From IMG/VR virus record IMGVR_UViG_3300012208_000002: 64,000 nucleotides of DNA. One strand, written 5' to 3'. Positions 30,231 to 38,948 of the stretch are shown in pieces (within the stretch, counting starts at the first letter, position 1; the number at the start of each line of letters is the position of its first letter). Made by a program: the position numbers and the translations under genes. The stretch is from a virus. Its lineage: Duplodnaviria; Heunggongvirae; Uroviricota; Caudoviricetes. Below the pieces are notes generated by a model. The model saw only the letters and a program-made list of their open reading frames with translations, had not been told where the DNA came from and did not search any database.

Positions 30231-30375
30231 TTGTTCTCCAGTTTCTTTACAAGTGAATCACAGCACTTCCTACAACCGCCCACGCCATTCAAAAATATAA
30301 TTATGCGTCTACCGTGCGGACGGCAATACATAGGCATCTTCTTTGCCTTCCACTCCTGCCCTGGTTTTAGCTCGC

Positions 30376-30783
30376 TCATATCCGCAAATCGTTAATCTCG
30401 ATATCGAACGTCCCGAACGGCAGAACCGTGACTTCGGCTACGTCTTTTAAGAAGTCAGCCATCCGCTTTGCTCCTACGGGATTCCCTGAGTGAACTATGA
30501 CCTGCCCGTTATACTTCGTGCTATGCAGATGCTGCGCGACTCTCCAGAAGGACTTATTCAGAAATTCCGGGTCATTCGGGTCGGCGAAATACTTTCCGTC
30601 ACAATCATGATCGAGAAAAATAATATCGAAACATTCAATCGTATCCAAAGTCATTATGGCTTCATTAGGCGATACAGCCGTGGTGCAGTTAGGCAGCTTA
30701 GACAGAAACCAATCCAGTCGCCCTTCGTTGTCGTCTACAGCGAAGCATTTAAAGTGCGAGGGTATGCGTATAATTGCTTTCAT
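30376..30783 (-). CDS. stand-alone CheY-like receiver (REC)-fold protein
   Basis: FAVDDNE (beta1 acidic pair), DIIFLDHD (beta3 Asp) and VIVHSGNP (beta4 Ser/Thr) are present. The beta5 Lys is not obvious. Confidence 0.4.
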   Translation of the reverse strand: MKAIIRIPSHFKCFAVDDNEGRLDWFLSKLPNCTTAVSPNEAIMTLDTIECFDIIFLDHDCDGKYFADPNDPEFLNKSFWRVAQHLHSTKYNGQVIVHSGNPVGAKRMADFLKDVAEVTVLPFGTFDIEINDLRI

Positions 30784-31247
30784 TTTAATCCTTTCAACCG
30801 TTCAACTTCGGCGCTGGCGGATGCGAGACGCTTGCATCCCTGACACGGCTCTACACCATCGCACCACATCTCTGCGTGCCACCAGTTCGCTTCATCCTTC
30901 ACCGCTTCCGCAATTCGCAGATCGTAAAGGCGTTGTGCATCGGCGAGAGTTACGGCGAAAACAATATGATTGGCCCAACTAACTTCATTGCTTTTTCGAC
31001 TATCCCACCCACAAGAACATTTTATATAACCTGGAATACCTTCACTTACAAGGAAGGGAATATGCTTGCTGGCCGCCTGAATTGCCGCTGCGTGGGCTGT
31101 GGCAACTGCTTCCCGCTGAGATTCGCTACATTCGGAGCAATCATAATGCGCTTCGCAGATCATTTCTTCTCCTCTAGCTGCTTGCGGGCCGTGGTAAGTT
31201 TTTGGATGTGCGTCTCCCAATTGATTGTCCCATCTCCAATGGCCCAA
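30780..31247 (-). CDS. Cys/His-rich hypothetical protein (155 aa)
   Basis: Contains CEAHYDCSECS...CSCGW...CQGCK. Confidence 0.45.
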   Translation of the reverse strand: MGHWRWDNQLGDAHPKTYHGPQAARGEEMICEAHYDCSECSESQREAVATAHAAAIQAASKHIPFLVSEGIPGYIKCSCGWDSRKSNEVSWANHIVFAVTLADAQRLYDLRIAEAVKDEANWWHAEMWCDGVEPCQGCKRLASASAEVERLKGLK

Positions 31248-31453
31248 TCACACCCTGTGCAGGATTCAGCGTCGCCGTAGTAATTGTAATTAGGCTGATG
31301 ATAAGAAGATTCTTTTAATACTTCCGCCCCCCGCACTCGAACCCAAGCGTCGATGAGGGCGATAGCTTCATCTATAGACAGCATCTTGTCAATATTTCCG
31401 ATTCTCCACGCAACGCGATGCGCAAGCTCCCGGCTGGTTTGTACTGTGCTCAT
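31160..31453 (-). CDS. hypothetical protein (97 aa)
   Basis: ORF that overlaps its neighbour. Confidence 0.35.
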   Translation of the reverse strand: MSTVQTSRELAHRVAWRIGNIDKMLSIDEAIALIDAWVRVRGAEVLKESSYHQPNYNYYGDAESCTGCDWAIGDGTINWETHIQKLTTARKQLEEKK

Positions 31454-32007
31454 AGTTTCCCCGCTAGTAAAAGAATTTTATCCGCGTACCCGCTTCCACC
31501 GAGACCGATGCCATCGTTACCTGTCCCGTAATACCTTAGCAGCCCTTTCTTGAGTCCGTGCTGCTTTACTAGTTCTGACAGTATCGCTGTCCCTACCATC
31601 ATATTCTGGTCAGGATTGAACAGATTGACCTTAGAAAAGTCGAACTGCTTATTCCACATCTTAGGAACGACCTGAGTCAATCCGATAGCGCCTTTATTAG
31701 ATACCGACTGCGGGTTACACGTAGATTCTACGGCAACCTGAGCCGCTATCAACTGCGCTGGCAGCCCGCTAGAAATAGCGTGACGTGCCGTCATCTCCGC
31801 CAGCGCCTGGTCACCGCATCCTGCTTTACCGTACACCTTAGCTGCCTCGAAGAAGGCGTGCTGAAACTCAACAGAATGAACTTCGTGCTCAACTGGTACC
31901 ACAGCCTGCGCTGGCAGGGGCTGCGAAAGATATATAATCCCGATTGCCAGAGAGATAACGACTAAAGAAATGCTGGTCAGTTTTGCTGTGCTCTTAAAGG
32001 TGCTCAT
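31450..32007 (-). CDS. secreted/anchored lytic transglycosylase (SLT domain)
   Basis: An N-terminal hydrophobic segment ends in AQA. The SLT catalytic motif VAVESTCNPQSVSNKGAIGLTQV is present. Confidence 0.75.
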   Translation of the reverse strand: MSTFKSTAKLTSISLVVISLAIGIIYLSQPLPAQAVVPVEHEVHSVEFQHAFFEAAKVYGKAGCGDQALAEMTARHAISSGLPAQLIAAQVAVESTCNPQSVSNKGAIGLTQVVPKMWNKQFDFSKVNLFNPDQNMMVGTAILSELVKQHGLKKGLLRYYGTGNDGIGLGGSGYADKILLLAGKL

Positions 32008-32023
32008 AAAACCTCCAGTTTAT

Positions 32024-32350
32024 TTACTTAGCTTCGTGTCTAAATCCGAACCAGTAATCATTGTACGAAACTTCAAGACTTCCGCCGGGTGTGGCCTGGT
32101 TAAATAATTTTCTCGATGCAATTACGACGCGCCCATGCTTCGGGCAGTCCACAATCACATCGTACTCTTCGGGTGTGGTCGAAGTAGTCACGACAATACC
32201 ACCCTTTCCGCCAAGCGCTGGACCGACTCCAGTGGACGTTTTAGACGGAGAGTAGCTTATGGTGACGACCTTTACCGTTTCAACGGTTGACGAGCGCGGC
32301 TTACAACCACTCAGCATCAACAGTACACCGATTAAAATTGTTTTACGCAT
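32024..32350 (-). CDS. lipoprotein (lipobox LLMLSGC)
   Basis: MRKTILIGVLLMLSGC is a signal peptide plus lipobox Cys. Confidence 0.55.
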   Translation of the reverse strand: MRKTILIGVLLMLSGCKPRSSTVETVKVVTISYSPSKTSTGVGPALGGKGGIVVTTSTTPEEYDVIVDCPKHGRVVIASRKLFNQATPGGSLEVSYNDYWFGFRHEAK

Positions 32351-32377
32351 TTAGCCTCCAAAGATATAGTCTCACAT

Positions 32378-32569
32378 TTAGCTCTGGCTGTCAAGACATT
32401 CTTTTATCGCTTGTTCGATTAAGCCTGCCAACTTCCGAATGGCTTGCACGCTTTGACCGTTAAGGTATAACCTATGCCCGCATGCCGCAACTAAGATGTC
32501 CGGCCTATCCGCCAAGTCCAATGCAAGATTCAAAGCTACTGTCTCTGGGTCCTTCACTTCGCTCCCCAC
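32378..32569 (-). CDS. hypothetical protein (63 aa)
   Basis: ORF. Confidence 0.3.
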   Translation of the reverse strand: MGSEVKDPETVALNLALDLADRPDILVAACGHRLYLNGQSVQAIRKLAGLIEQAIKECLDSQS

Positions 32570-32949
32570 AGTGGAAGATAGTCCAATGTGCCGATAACCT
32601 TCTTTGGGGCTGCGTATACCGCGAGTGCCGTGGGCCAGTCTCCTGGTCCGTACTCAGGGTTATTATCTTGAAAAAATACTGGACCTAATTGCTTTTTAAG
32701 AAGCAGTCCGTATATGTGAAACATCTCTGCTGAGTCACGCGCTTGAAGAATGATTGTCGTGACAGGTATAAAATCTCCAGAACCAGGCATACCGTGTCGA
32801 AGTTTGCTTACGACGTGACATGCCTGGGCCATCTGGCGACCCATTGGCTGTACGACCGTCCGTAAGGGCGGCTTATGGCTGTCAGGCACCACAGGAACCT
32901 GAATCGTTCCCGCGACCACGACATAAATGCGCTTCTCTTCTATCTTCAT
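32554..32949 (-). CDS. Pth2-like peptidyl-tRNA hydrolase family protein
   Basis: MGRQMAQACHVVSKL resembles the Pth2 signature (M)GKGKIAAQCSHA. Confidence 0.45.
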   Translation of the reverse strand: MKIEEKRIYVVVAGTIQVPVVPDSHKPPLRTVVQPMGRQMAQACHVVSKLRHGMPGSGDFIPVTTIILQARDSAEMFHIYGLLLKKQLGPVFFQDNNPEYGPGDWPTALAVYAAPKKVIGTLDYLPLWGAK

Positions 32950-33362
32950 AGCGTGTACGTTCTCCTGTTTCGCTTATCTTCTTCGTCCTTCTGATAACCC
33001 TCTTGCGCCATCACCCGCATTTTGTACGTCCAGTACCAGTCCACGACGCCGTTACTTTTGACGAGTATGCTGCGAAGCGATGCAGTCTTTTCATGGTTCA
33101 ACTTCCCTGCTTCCGAACCTGATACGTGAACTACGACTAAATTTTCCGCCTTGTCCTTGTAGCCTTCTTGCATGGCTTTACCGACCATCTTTTCTTCAAA
33201 GGTCTTCTTTGACTCGGGAGTCAGCATGGACGCTGGAACGTCGTGATTAGTTCCTATCCTATTACAAATTTCACACTTCGTACTCTGAGATATCCCCACG
33301 TAAGGGAATCCCGTAGCACGGGGCCAGTTCTTCTTGATTCGGCAATCTTCACAGAAGATCAT
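32946..33362 (-). CDS. hypothetical zinc-ribbon protein (138 aa)
   Basis: Contains CEDC...CEIC. Confidence 0.45.
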   Translation of the reverse strand: MIFCEDCRIKKNWPRATGFPYVGISQSTKCEICNRIGTNHDVPASMLTPESKKTFEEKMVGKAMQEGYKDKAENLVVVHVSGSEAGKLNHEKTASLRSILVKSNGVVDWYWTYKMRVMAQEGYQKDEEDKRNRRTYTL

Positions 33363-33802
33363 CAGTCGTGACTCGTCTCGTCGTTCGTGATCTTTCCGTC
33401 TTGGGTAATCGTCACCCTAGTATCTGAGCCGAAAATTTCTTGCATGATATCATCAGGCAAAGTGTTAATGAGCGCTGCGATTGGCTTTTTGACCTTGTCA
33501 ATGAAGGATGCTTGTTCGTTGGTTAGCTCTCCGTCTTCGTTTCCGTATGAGCCGTCCACAAATCTATCGGCACCTGTGTCGTACCCATTGATCGTCGGAT
33601 AGTCAGCATGGACCGAGAACACGCAGGCATCGCCGTCATTGAAGTAGGGCGCGTACTGCTCCCAACCGAATGACGCTAGCTCAGGATACTTTTCAAACAG
33701 TTCCTTTGCCGCCTCTGTAAACAGGGTTCTAGCTTGCTTCTGGATTTTCGATTTCTCTTCGTTGAAGTGCTTTACTATCTCGTTCAGTTTTGAGTTTGAC
33801 AC
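33362..33802 (-). CDS. hypothetical acidic protein (146 aa)
   Basis: ORF. Confidence 0.45.
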   Translation of the reverse strand: MSNSKLNEIVKHFNEEKSKIQKQARTLFTEAAKELFEKYPELASFGWEQYAPYFNDGDACVFSVHADYPTINGYDTGADRFVDGSYGNEDGELTNEQASFIDKVKKPIAALINTLPDDIMQEIFGSDTRVTITQDGKITNDETSHD

Positions 33803-34172
33803 GGTATCCTCTTTCGAATTTAAAAGATGGTGGTGCTAATCCCTTACCTGATAGCATCCATGTTTCCATAGGGATGCCTTCTAGGTAATCTTGCGCCGAT
33901 GGTATAAATCTGTTTCCGAAATCTTCAAGGACGTGTTGCTCGCCGATATCCCGGACTGAAACCTTACGTCCGTCGCTGTTCTGAATGACTACCCCGAAAA
34001 TTCTCTCCAAAATAACGGACAAGAACCACGCGGTATGTGTCAGAGCACGGTGCCTGGAATCGGCTATGGTTCCCTTAGACGAGTCCAGAAGGTTGTGAAT
34101 CTCGATATAGTCTTCCGGGACACCGCCGAATCGTCTTGCGCTCGATACTGCATGCACGTATGGTTTACTCAT
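33729..34172 (-). CDS. hypothetical protein (147 aa; start uncertain, overlaps downstream ORF)
   Basis: ORF. Confidence 0.4.
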   Translation of the reverse strand: MSKPYVHAVSSARRFGGVPEDYIEIHNLLDSSKGTIADSRHRALTHTAWFLSVILERIFGVVIQNSDGRKVSVRDIGEQHVLEDFGNRFIPSAQDYLEGIPMETWMLSGKGLAPPSFKFERGYRVKLKTERDSKALQRREIENPEAS

Positions 34173-34267
34173 ATTCTCCTAATAGGGCGGCAAGCCAGGT
34201 TTTATCTTACCGCCCTCATTGTGGATTTTCAGAGTACCACGCTTTGCTTCCTTTGTCAAGGGAAATC

Positions 34268-34453
34268 TTATTTGTATCCTTGCGGGTCCGTGAACGTCAA
34301 CCTGTTAACAGTCACTCTGTACTCTTCGAAACTCTTACCATCAAATGTCCCATAACAATCAGTGGCGTCCACCCACGCATAAAATTCTTCTTGGTTACCC
34401 ACAGGGACAACATAGTCGTGCCCGCTTTCATCCGACAACAGTTCGTATCTCAT
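34268..34453 (-). CDS. hypothetical protein (61 aa)
   Basis: ORF with an ATGA overlap. Confidence 0.35.
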   Translation of the reverse strand: MRYELLSDESGHDYVVPVGNQEEFYAWVDATDCYGTFDGKSFEEYRVTVNRLTFTDPQGYK

Positions 34454-34647
34454 TAATCCTTATACGGCGCTTTCTTCATGAACGCAAAAAACTTTTCTTT
34501 GCACTCTTCACAAAGGTCCCATGAGCGGTCTCTATATGTTGCGGCTAATAATAGCCAGTCGGAGCGGCTGCCAGAAACTTCTTTCTTACACCTATCGCAG
34601 GTATAAACAAATAGTGTACTCATAATTGTCCTCCGCAACTTGCGCAC
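34453..34647 (-). CDS. hypothetical zinc-ribbon protein (64 aa)
   Basis: Contains CDRC...CEEC. Confidence 0.4.
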   Translation of the reverse strand: MRKLRRTIMSTLFVYTCDRCKKEVSGSRSDWLLLAATYRDRSWDLCEECKEKFFAFMKKAPYKD

Positions 34648-34865
34648 TCAATGCTGTTCCTCTGATGAAAAATTCTACAGACCAGACGCTTCCATCGGGT
34701 CGGTGTTATCTCTGGATTTCCGAGCATACCGAGAACGTTCCCGTATGAAGTTACTTTGGCTCTCCAGATAGCGACTGCTTCAGCTTGGCCGTACATTCCA
34801 GCAACGTGCGCAGCATGCTCCGCGCCAGCCTTCAGTTTGTAGACTTCCGCGTACAGTTTAGTCAT
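34620..34865 (-). CDS. hypothetical protein (81 aa)
   Basis: ORF. Confidence 0.35.
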   Translation of the reverse strand: MTKLYAEVYKLKAGAEHAAHVAGMYGQAEAVAIWRAKVTSYGNVLGMLGNPEITPTRWKRLVCRIFHQRNSIECASCGGQL

Positions 34866-35004
34866 TTCTTCTTCCTGAAAAAGGTGATCTCTTTCAAAAT
34901 TTTATCTTCGAGTTTACGAAAGTCTTCCTTGGAAAGAGCCTCGTAAGCTTCGTCCATAATATTCAGCCACTCGTAAAAGAATACAGCAACTGGACTTTTC
35001 ATTT
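34864..35004 (-). CDS. small hypothetical protein (~46 aa, below the ORF-track cutoff)
   Basis: Translation gives MKSPVAVFFYEWLNIMDEAYEALSKEDFRKLEDKILKEITFFRKKK. There are ATGA overlaps on both sides. Confidence 0.3.
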
Positions 35005-35161
35005 CGCCACCAACCTTATAAAACCTTGTTCGATGCTGTATTCTACAACCATACTTCCGCTAGACCGTAAAAACCACAGTTTTGCGCAAGCAGAGCAGCG
35101 AGACTTCGGATATTTTACCGCCTTATACTTAGGGTGCCTTTGACAAACTAGATCGAATTTC
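34997..35161 (-). CDS. small hypothetical Cys-containing protein (~54 aa, below the ORF-track cutoff)
   Basis: Translation gives MKFDLVCQRHPKYKAVKYPKSRCSACAKLWFL.... It fills an otherwise empty 300-bp gap. Confidence 0.3.
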
Positions 35162-35384
35162 ATATGGTCCTCACGAAATCCATAACCTTCTTCAATTTCG
35201 GCAGAGACAGTTCCTTGCAGTCTCCCATAATCTCGTTCCAGACAAGATTGAAATCCTGGTCGTGTTTAGACATGCGGTCCCACGTCGATTCTGGGCCGCT
35301 ATTAAATCCAACCTTCAACTTCCAAGTAATCCACATACGGAGACTCTTGTCCACTTCTTTAAATGTGGAGTCTAAGTTATTCAC
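35160..35384 (-). CDS. hypothetical protein (74 aa)
   Basis: ORF. Confidence 0.4.
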   Translation of the reverse strand: MNNLDSTFKEVDKSLRMWITWKLKVGFNSGPESTWDRMSKHDQDFNLVWNEIMGDCKELSLPKLKKVMDFVRTI

Positions 35385-36271
35385 ATGTCCCTCTTATCTC
35401 GGAACCCCATGAACACGGGAAACCGTGGTCGATCTACATTGCCTACCGGGAAATATTTGTACTTAATTATGATTCCAGCCATATTGCCTCGGCGCTCCCA
35501 GAAATCTTCACGCTGTAAAGCGGTGAACCCTCCACCCACTGAAAACTTAATATCCTTGTAATCACCGTTGATTCCTACGACTTCGAACTTGCCTAGCGTG
35601 CCCTTGCCGACCATGCCCTCTTTCTTTGTGCTGCGTTCGGTCCTGCCTAGAGCATTCGTCTTCGCCTCGTTTGTGTTCTCTTGCTCTTCAACGAAACTTA
35701 GAATCCTTGCCTCGCCGTCCTTGAATCTCTTCAGCTTGAGCAGGTAGCCCTGCTTCAGTGTAGCCCGGCCTTGTTTGTACGGCCCGTCGAGCGAACGAAC
35801 CATGAGTCCCTCGTGTCCCTGTTCAAGCGCGGCTGTCTCATAAGCAAGCAGTTCTTCTTCATTAGCGATTTCTTGTTGGTGGACGCGCTCGACATCAGGA
35901 GAGTCAATATGAAATACGTCGTCATAGACATCTTGATCTCGTTCGAAGAACGGTTTATCAGAAAATGAATCGAATGCCCAGAAGCGGATTCCGCCTGGGT
36001 CCTTATCATGTGACATTACGATACTGGTGGTATTGCTGAATGCGTGCTCGTCTGATGGGTCGCCGTAGATCAATTCTCCGTCCAGTCCTTCGGGCAGATT
36101 AGCAAACTTCTCCTGAACCTTCTTGTTCGGAATCGGCTTGAGATTCCTAGATAGTAGTTGACCGCCCTGGACGGTAGCTCGAATCCCATCGAGCTTGATT
36201 GAAGCAAGTACGGGAAACTTCAAGGTCGAAGTGTCCTCGATTGCTGTAGCAAGCATTGGTTTAAAGGTCAT
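35381..36271 (-). CDS. ATP-dependent DNA ligase (compact T7-like)
   Basis: Motif I KLDGIR (KxDG) is present with the downstream nucleotidyltransferase motifs. The protein is 296 aa. Confidence 0.8.
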   Translation of the reverse strand: MTFKPMLATAIEDTSTLKFPVLASIKLDGIRATVQGGQLLSRNLKPIPNKKVQEKFANLPEGLDGELIYGDPSDEHAFSNTTSIVMSHDKDPGGIRFWAFDSFSDKPFFERDQDVYDDVFHIDSPDVERVHQQEIANEEELLAYETAALEQGHEGLMVRSLDGPYKQGRATLKQGYLLKLKRFKDGEARILSFVEEQENTNEAKTNALGRTERSTKKEGMVGKGTLGKFEVVGINGDYKDIKFSVGGGFTALQREDFWERRGNMAGIIIKYKYFPVGNVDRPRFPVFMGFRDKRDM

Positions 36272-36513
36272 CGCAGATAAGGCTCCATTTTCCCACCAGT
36301 TTCACTGGTATTTTTAAAGACTAATGATAGCACGATTGCCCAGGTGCTGTCAATGTTTGATAGCGGGCTCTTCTTAAGAGTTAACCCCCGACCTTCGGCG
36401 AGACGCTTCAGCCGCTTGGACATCTGCGGATTAGGCATCGCCTTAATGTTCCTATCCAGGATTTGCTCTGGCGTCAGTTCTTTTCTTACTGGTGCCTGTT
36501 TTTGTTCTTCCAT
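36268..36513 (-). CDS. hypothetical protein (81 aa)
   Basis: ORF. Confidence 0.4.
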   Translation of the reverse strand: MEEQKQAPVRKELTPEQILDRNIKAMPNPQMSKRLKRLAEGRGLTLKKSPLSNIDSTWAIVLSLVFKNTSETGGKMEPYLR

Positions 36514-36597
36514 ACTCTCCTCAATTTTACTCCCGTAGGCCCGGCTTCTGGGAACCGTTGCTCATACCCAGAGATAGAGCTAGCTCACGGGAATCTC

Positions 36598-36987
36598 TTA
36601 CACATGTCGAAAGAAGACTATGTGTATACCATCCTTTTTGTAGTTGTGGCTGTTAGCCATATCGCCTGAGCGATGCTTCCAGCCATCAACTTCCAATTTC
36701 TCTACAGCTTTTCTCAATTCAAGAAATTTTTCGGAGTTTCCGTAATGCGGTTCAACCTTAATGACTTCGACTTTGTTCTCTGCGGTCTTCCCCACCAGGT
36801 CAAGTCTCGCAACTTCAAGTTCCGCTTTTACTTCTCCTCGTCCCGTAATTAACAAAGCGAAATTTTCAAGAGTCAAGGTCATTGTGGCGAACCTAACATG
36901 GGATACACTATCCGTAAATTCGACATGCACCCCGTCAGGACCGTTGCTATCCGTAAATCTTGATATTGTTACTCGCCCTTCGCTCAT
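36598..36987 (-). CDS. hypothetical protein (129 aa)
   Basis: ORF. Confidence 0.45.
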   Translation of the reverse strand: MSEGRVTISRFTDSNGPDGVHVEFTDSVSHVRFATMTLTLENFALLITGRGEVKAELEVARLDLVGKTAENKVEVIKVEPHYGNSEKFLELRKAVEKLEVDGWKHRSGDMANSHNYKKDGIHIVFFRHV

Positions 36988-37184
36988 ATATTTTCCTTTA
37001 ATCTCCCATCATTTATGACAGGTCTGAGTTTACCGTCAGCACATTTCCATACAAACTTGTCCGCGTCATCCAGGTAAATCAACTTGTGCTTGCACTCGTA
37101 ACACTTCCCGCACCTGGAACAGATGAAGATTAATTCTCCGCTCTTGCCTGTCTCACGACACTTATGTATCCCTTGCGTTCCCAA
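36984..37184 (-). CDS. zinc-ribbon protein (66 aa)
   Basis: Contains CSRCGKCYECKH. Confidence 0.4.
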   Translation of the reverse strand: MGTQGIHKCRETGKSGELIFICSRCGKCYECKHKLIYLDDADKFVWKCADGKLRPVINDGRLKENI

Positions 37185-37320
37185 TGTCCACCCTCCGCGA
37201 CAGTCCCTCCTATCCAGTACTGAAACGGTCGCTCTGCATTCCGTTCGTGACGCTCTTTCTGATATGCCTCCGCAGACTTCGGGTTCTTGCGTCGGTCGTG
37301 CCCCTTTTCGCTCTTGCCCT

Positions 37321-37686
37321 TCATAGAAGCAACCGATCAGGGAGCACGTAACTAGACTTGTCCGGACCCGTAAGAATGGTTAAGCCGATTGACATGCCCT
37401 CTTTGGTGCTGTAAATTCGGTACATGTTATTGTCCTTGTCGAAATCAACGTAGACAGGGACCTTGTAATAGTACTCGTCCGAGAGTATATAACCGAATGA
37501 CTCTACTCGGAACGTGTATCCAGCACGAGTAAAGATTGGGTTAGGACCCCCAGACAGTAGCTTGAATGTGTGACCCGCCCCAAAACGGGAAGCAAGCACA
37601 CTCGCAGGGATTTGAATCTTCTTCTGTGCCAGCGCGGGGCTGACCAGCATTGCGATAGCCAGTAACGCTGTGAGTAGTTTTTTCAT
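37321..37686 (-). CDS. secreted protein with cleavable signal peptide (121 aa)
   Basis: MKKLLTALLAIAMLVSPALAQ is a signal peptide. Confidence 0.5.
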   Translation of the reverse strand: MKKLLTALLAIAMLVSPALAQKKIQIPASVLASRFGAGHTFKLLSGGPNPIFTRAGYTFRVESFGYILSDEYYYKVPVYVDFDKDNNMYRIYSTKEGMSIGLTILTGPDKSSYVLPDRLLL

Positions 37687-37949
37687 AGGCTCCTCGGTTT
37701 CGGTGCGTTCTTAACTGTAAAAGAAAATGGTTTAACAACTTCTCCTGCGTCGAATTTGGAAATCCAATCCGTCATCTTCTTAGGGACCGAAGTCTCGCCC
37801 AGGTCGAAGTTGAATCTGATGTAATCGTGAGTTACTGTTGCGCCCGGATACCCGAGCCTGTGGCAAGCTAGGGCAATCGGACAAAAACTAGCCTGACTCG
37901 TCTTACCATTTCGGATGTCTTTCGCCGTGACTGTTATTTTCAGGTTCAT
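37683..37949 (-). CDS. hypothetical protein (88 aa)
   Basis: ORF. Confidence 0.4.
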   Translation of the reverse strand: MNLKITVTAKDIRNGKTSQASFCPIALACHRLGYPGATVTHDYIRFNFDLGETSVPKKMTDWISKFDAGEVVKPFSFTVKNAPKPRSL

Positions 37950-38872
37950 TACTTCTTCCCCTTGAACACATCGAACATCGGGAGAACGCTCTGCCCGCTA
38001 CCAGTCGTGACCCAATTCTCGGGCAACTTCCCGTCCCACTTCTTGTCCATCATTTCGATGGTACGAAGCTGCAATAATTCAGGAGTGATCTGTTCCTTCT
38101 GGCTGCGCAGTGCCTCTGCTTCGCCCTTTGCGGCGGCAACCTTCTGCTCCGCTTCAATCTGAATACGCTTCAAATCATTGGTGGCTTGCTCAGAGTGCTG
38201 TTGAGCCGTGACCTTCGCTTCAATCGCCTTATTGTATTCGTCGGAGAAGTTGAAGTTGGTGATGGATAGGTTCTCTGCGATCAAGTGATACACAGACAGC
38301 TTCTGTCGAACTAGAGTTTCTATGCCGTCTCGAACAGAGACACGCTGCGCAATCAACTGTTGAGCGTCGTACTTCGCCGTGACCGCCTTGATGGATTCAA
38401 GGATAGCCGGGTCGATAATCCGCTCTTCCGCGTCGTTGTTCAATTCGACCAAGATAAACGTAGCGTACGCGGGGTCAACGTGATACTGCAAGGTAACTTC
38501 TGTGTGGACGACTTGAAGGTCAAGACTTGAGGACTGCGTGTTCGGGTGGACGATTCTGGTTTGGACGGTGACAGGGGTAACGTTTTCATACGGCATAATC
38601 AGGTGAGCGCCAGGACCCAGTTGTCCGATAGGGTTACCGAATTTCTTGACGATGCCGACGTTACCAGCATCAACTGTCACAAAGGAAAGAAACAGCACGA
38701 ACGTTGCTGCGGCTAGCCCCAGGAACGGAATAGACTTCAATGGTGCGAAACCAAAATGGGTACCAGCTTCCGTGCGCAACTTAGAGTCGTACACCGTCTT
38801 TGTGATAGGCACGGAACGAACAGCACCTGCAATGATAAACGACAGCACTAACAGCATCAAAAAGATTTCCAT
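37949..38872 (-). CDS. SPFH/band-7 (prohibitin/HflK/C-like) membrane protein
   Basis: An N-terminal TM is followed by NVGIVKKFG and the PHB domain, then a coiled-coil tail. Confidence 0.7.
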   Translation of the reverse strand: MEIFLMLLVLSFIIAGAVRSVPITKTVYDSKLRTEAGTHFGFAPLKSIPFLGLAAATFVLFLSFVTVDAGNVGIVKKFGNPIGQLGPGAHLIMPYENVTPVTVQTRIVHPNTQSSSLDLQVVHTEVTLQYHVDPAYATFILVELNNDAEERIIDPAILESIKAVTAKYDAQQLIAQRVSVRDGIETLVRQKLSVYHLIAENLSITNFNFSDEYNKAIEAKVTAQQHSEQATNDLKRIQIEAEQKVAAAKGEAEALRSQKEQITPELLQLRTIEMMDKKWDGKLPENWVTTGSGQSVLPMFDVFKGKK

Positions 38873-38899
38873 ATTTTCTCCCTTTTTATTTTACTTCTG

Positions 38900-38946
38900 C
38901 TTCCGAATACATAGTCTCATACTTTTGATTTTTTGTCAAGCTTTAT
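38900..38946 (-). promoter_or_regulatory. sigma70-type promoter, copy C
   Basis: On the minus strand, AAATAAAGC-TTGACA is followed by 17 nt, then GACTAT, then an AAGGGAG RBS before the SPFH gene. Confidence 0.5.
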
Positions 38947-38948
38947 TT

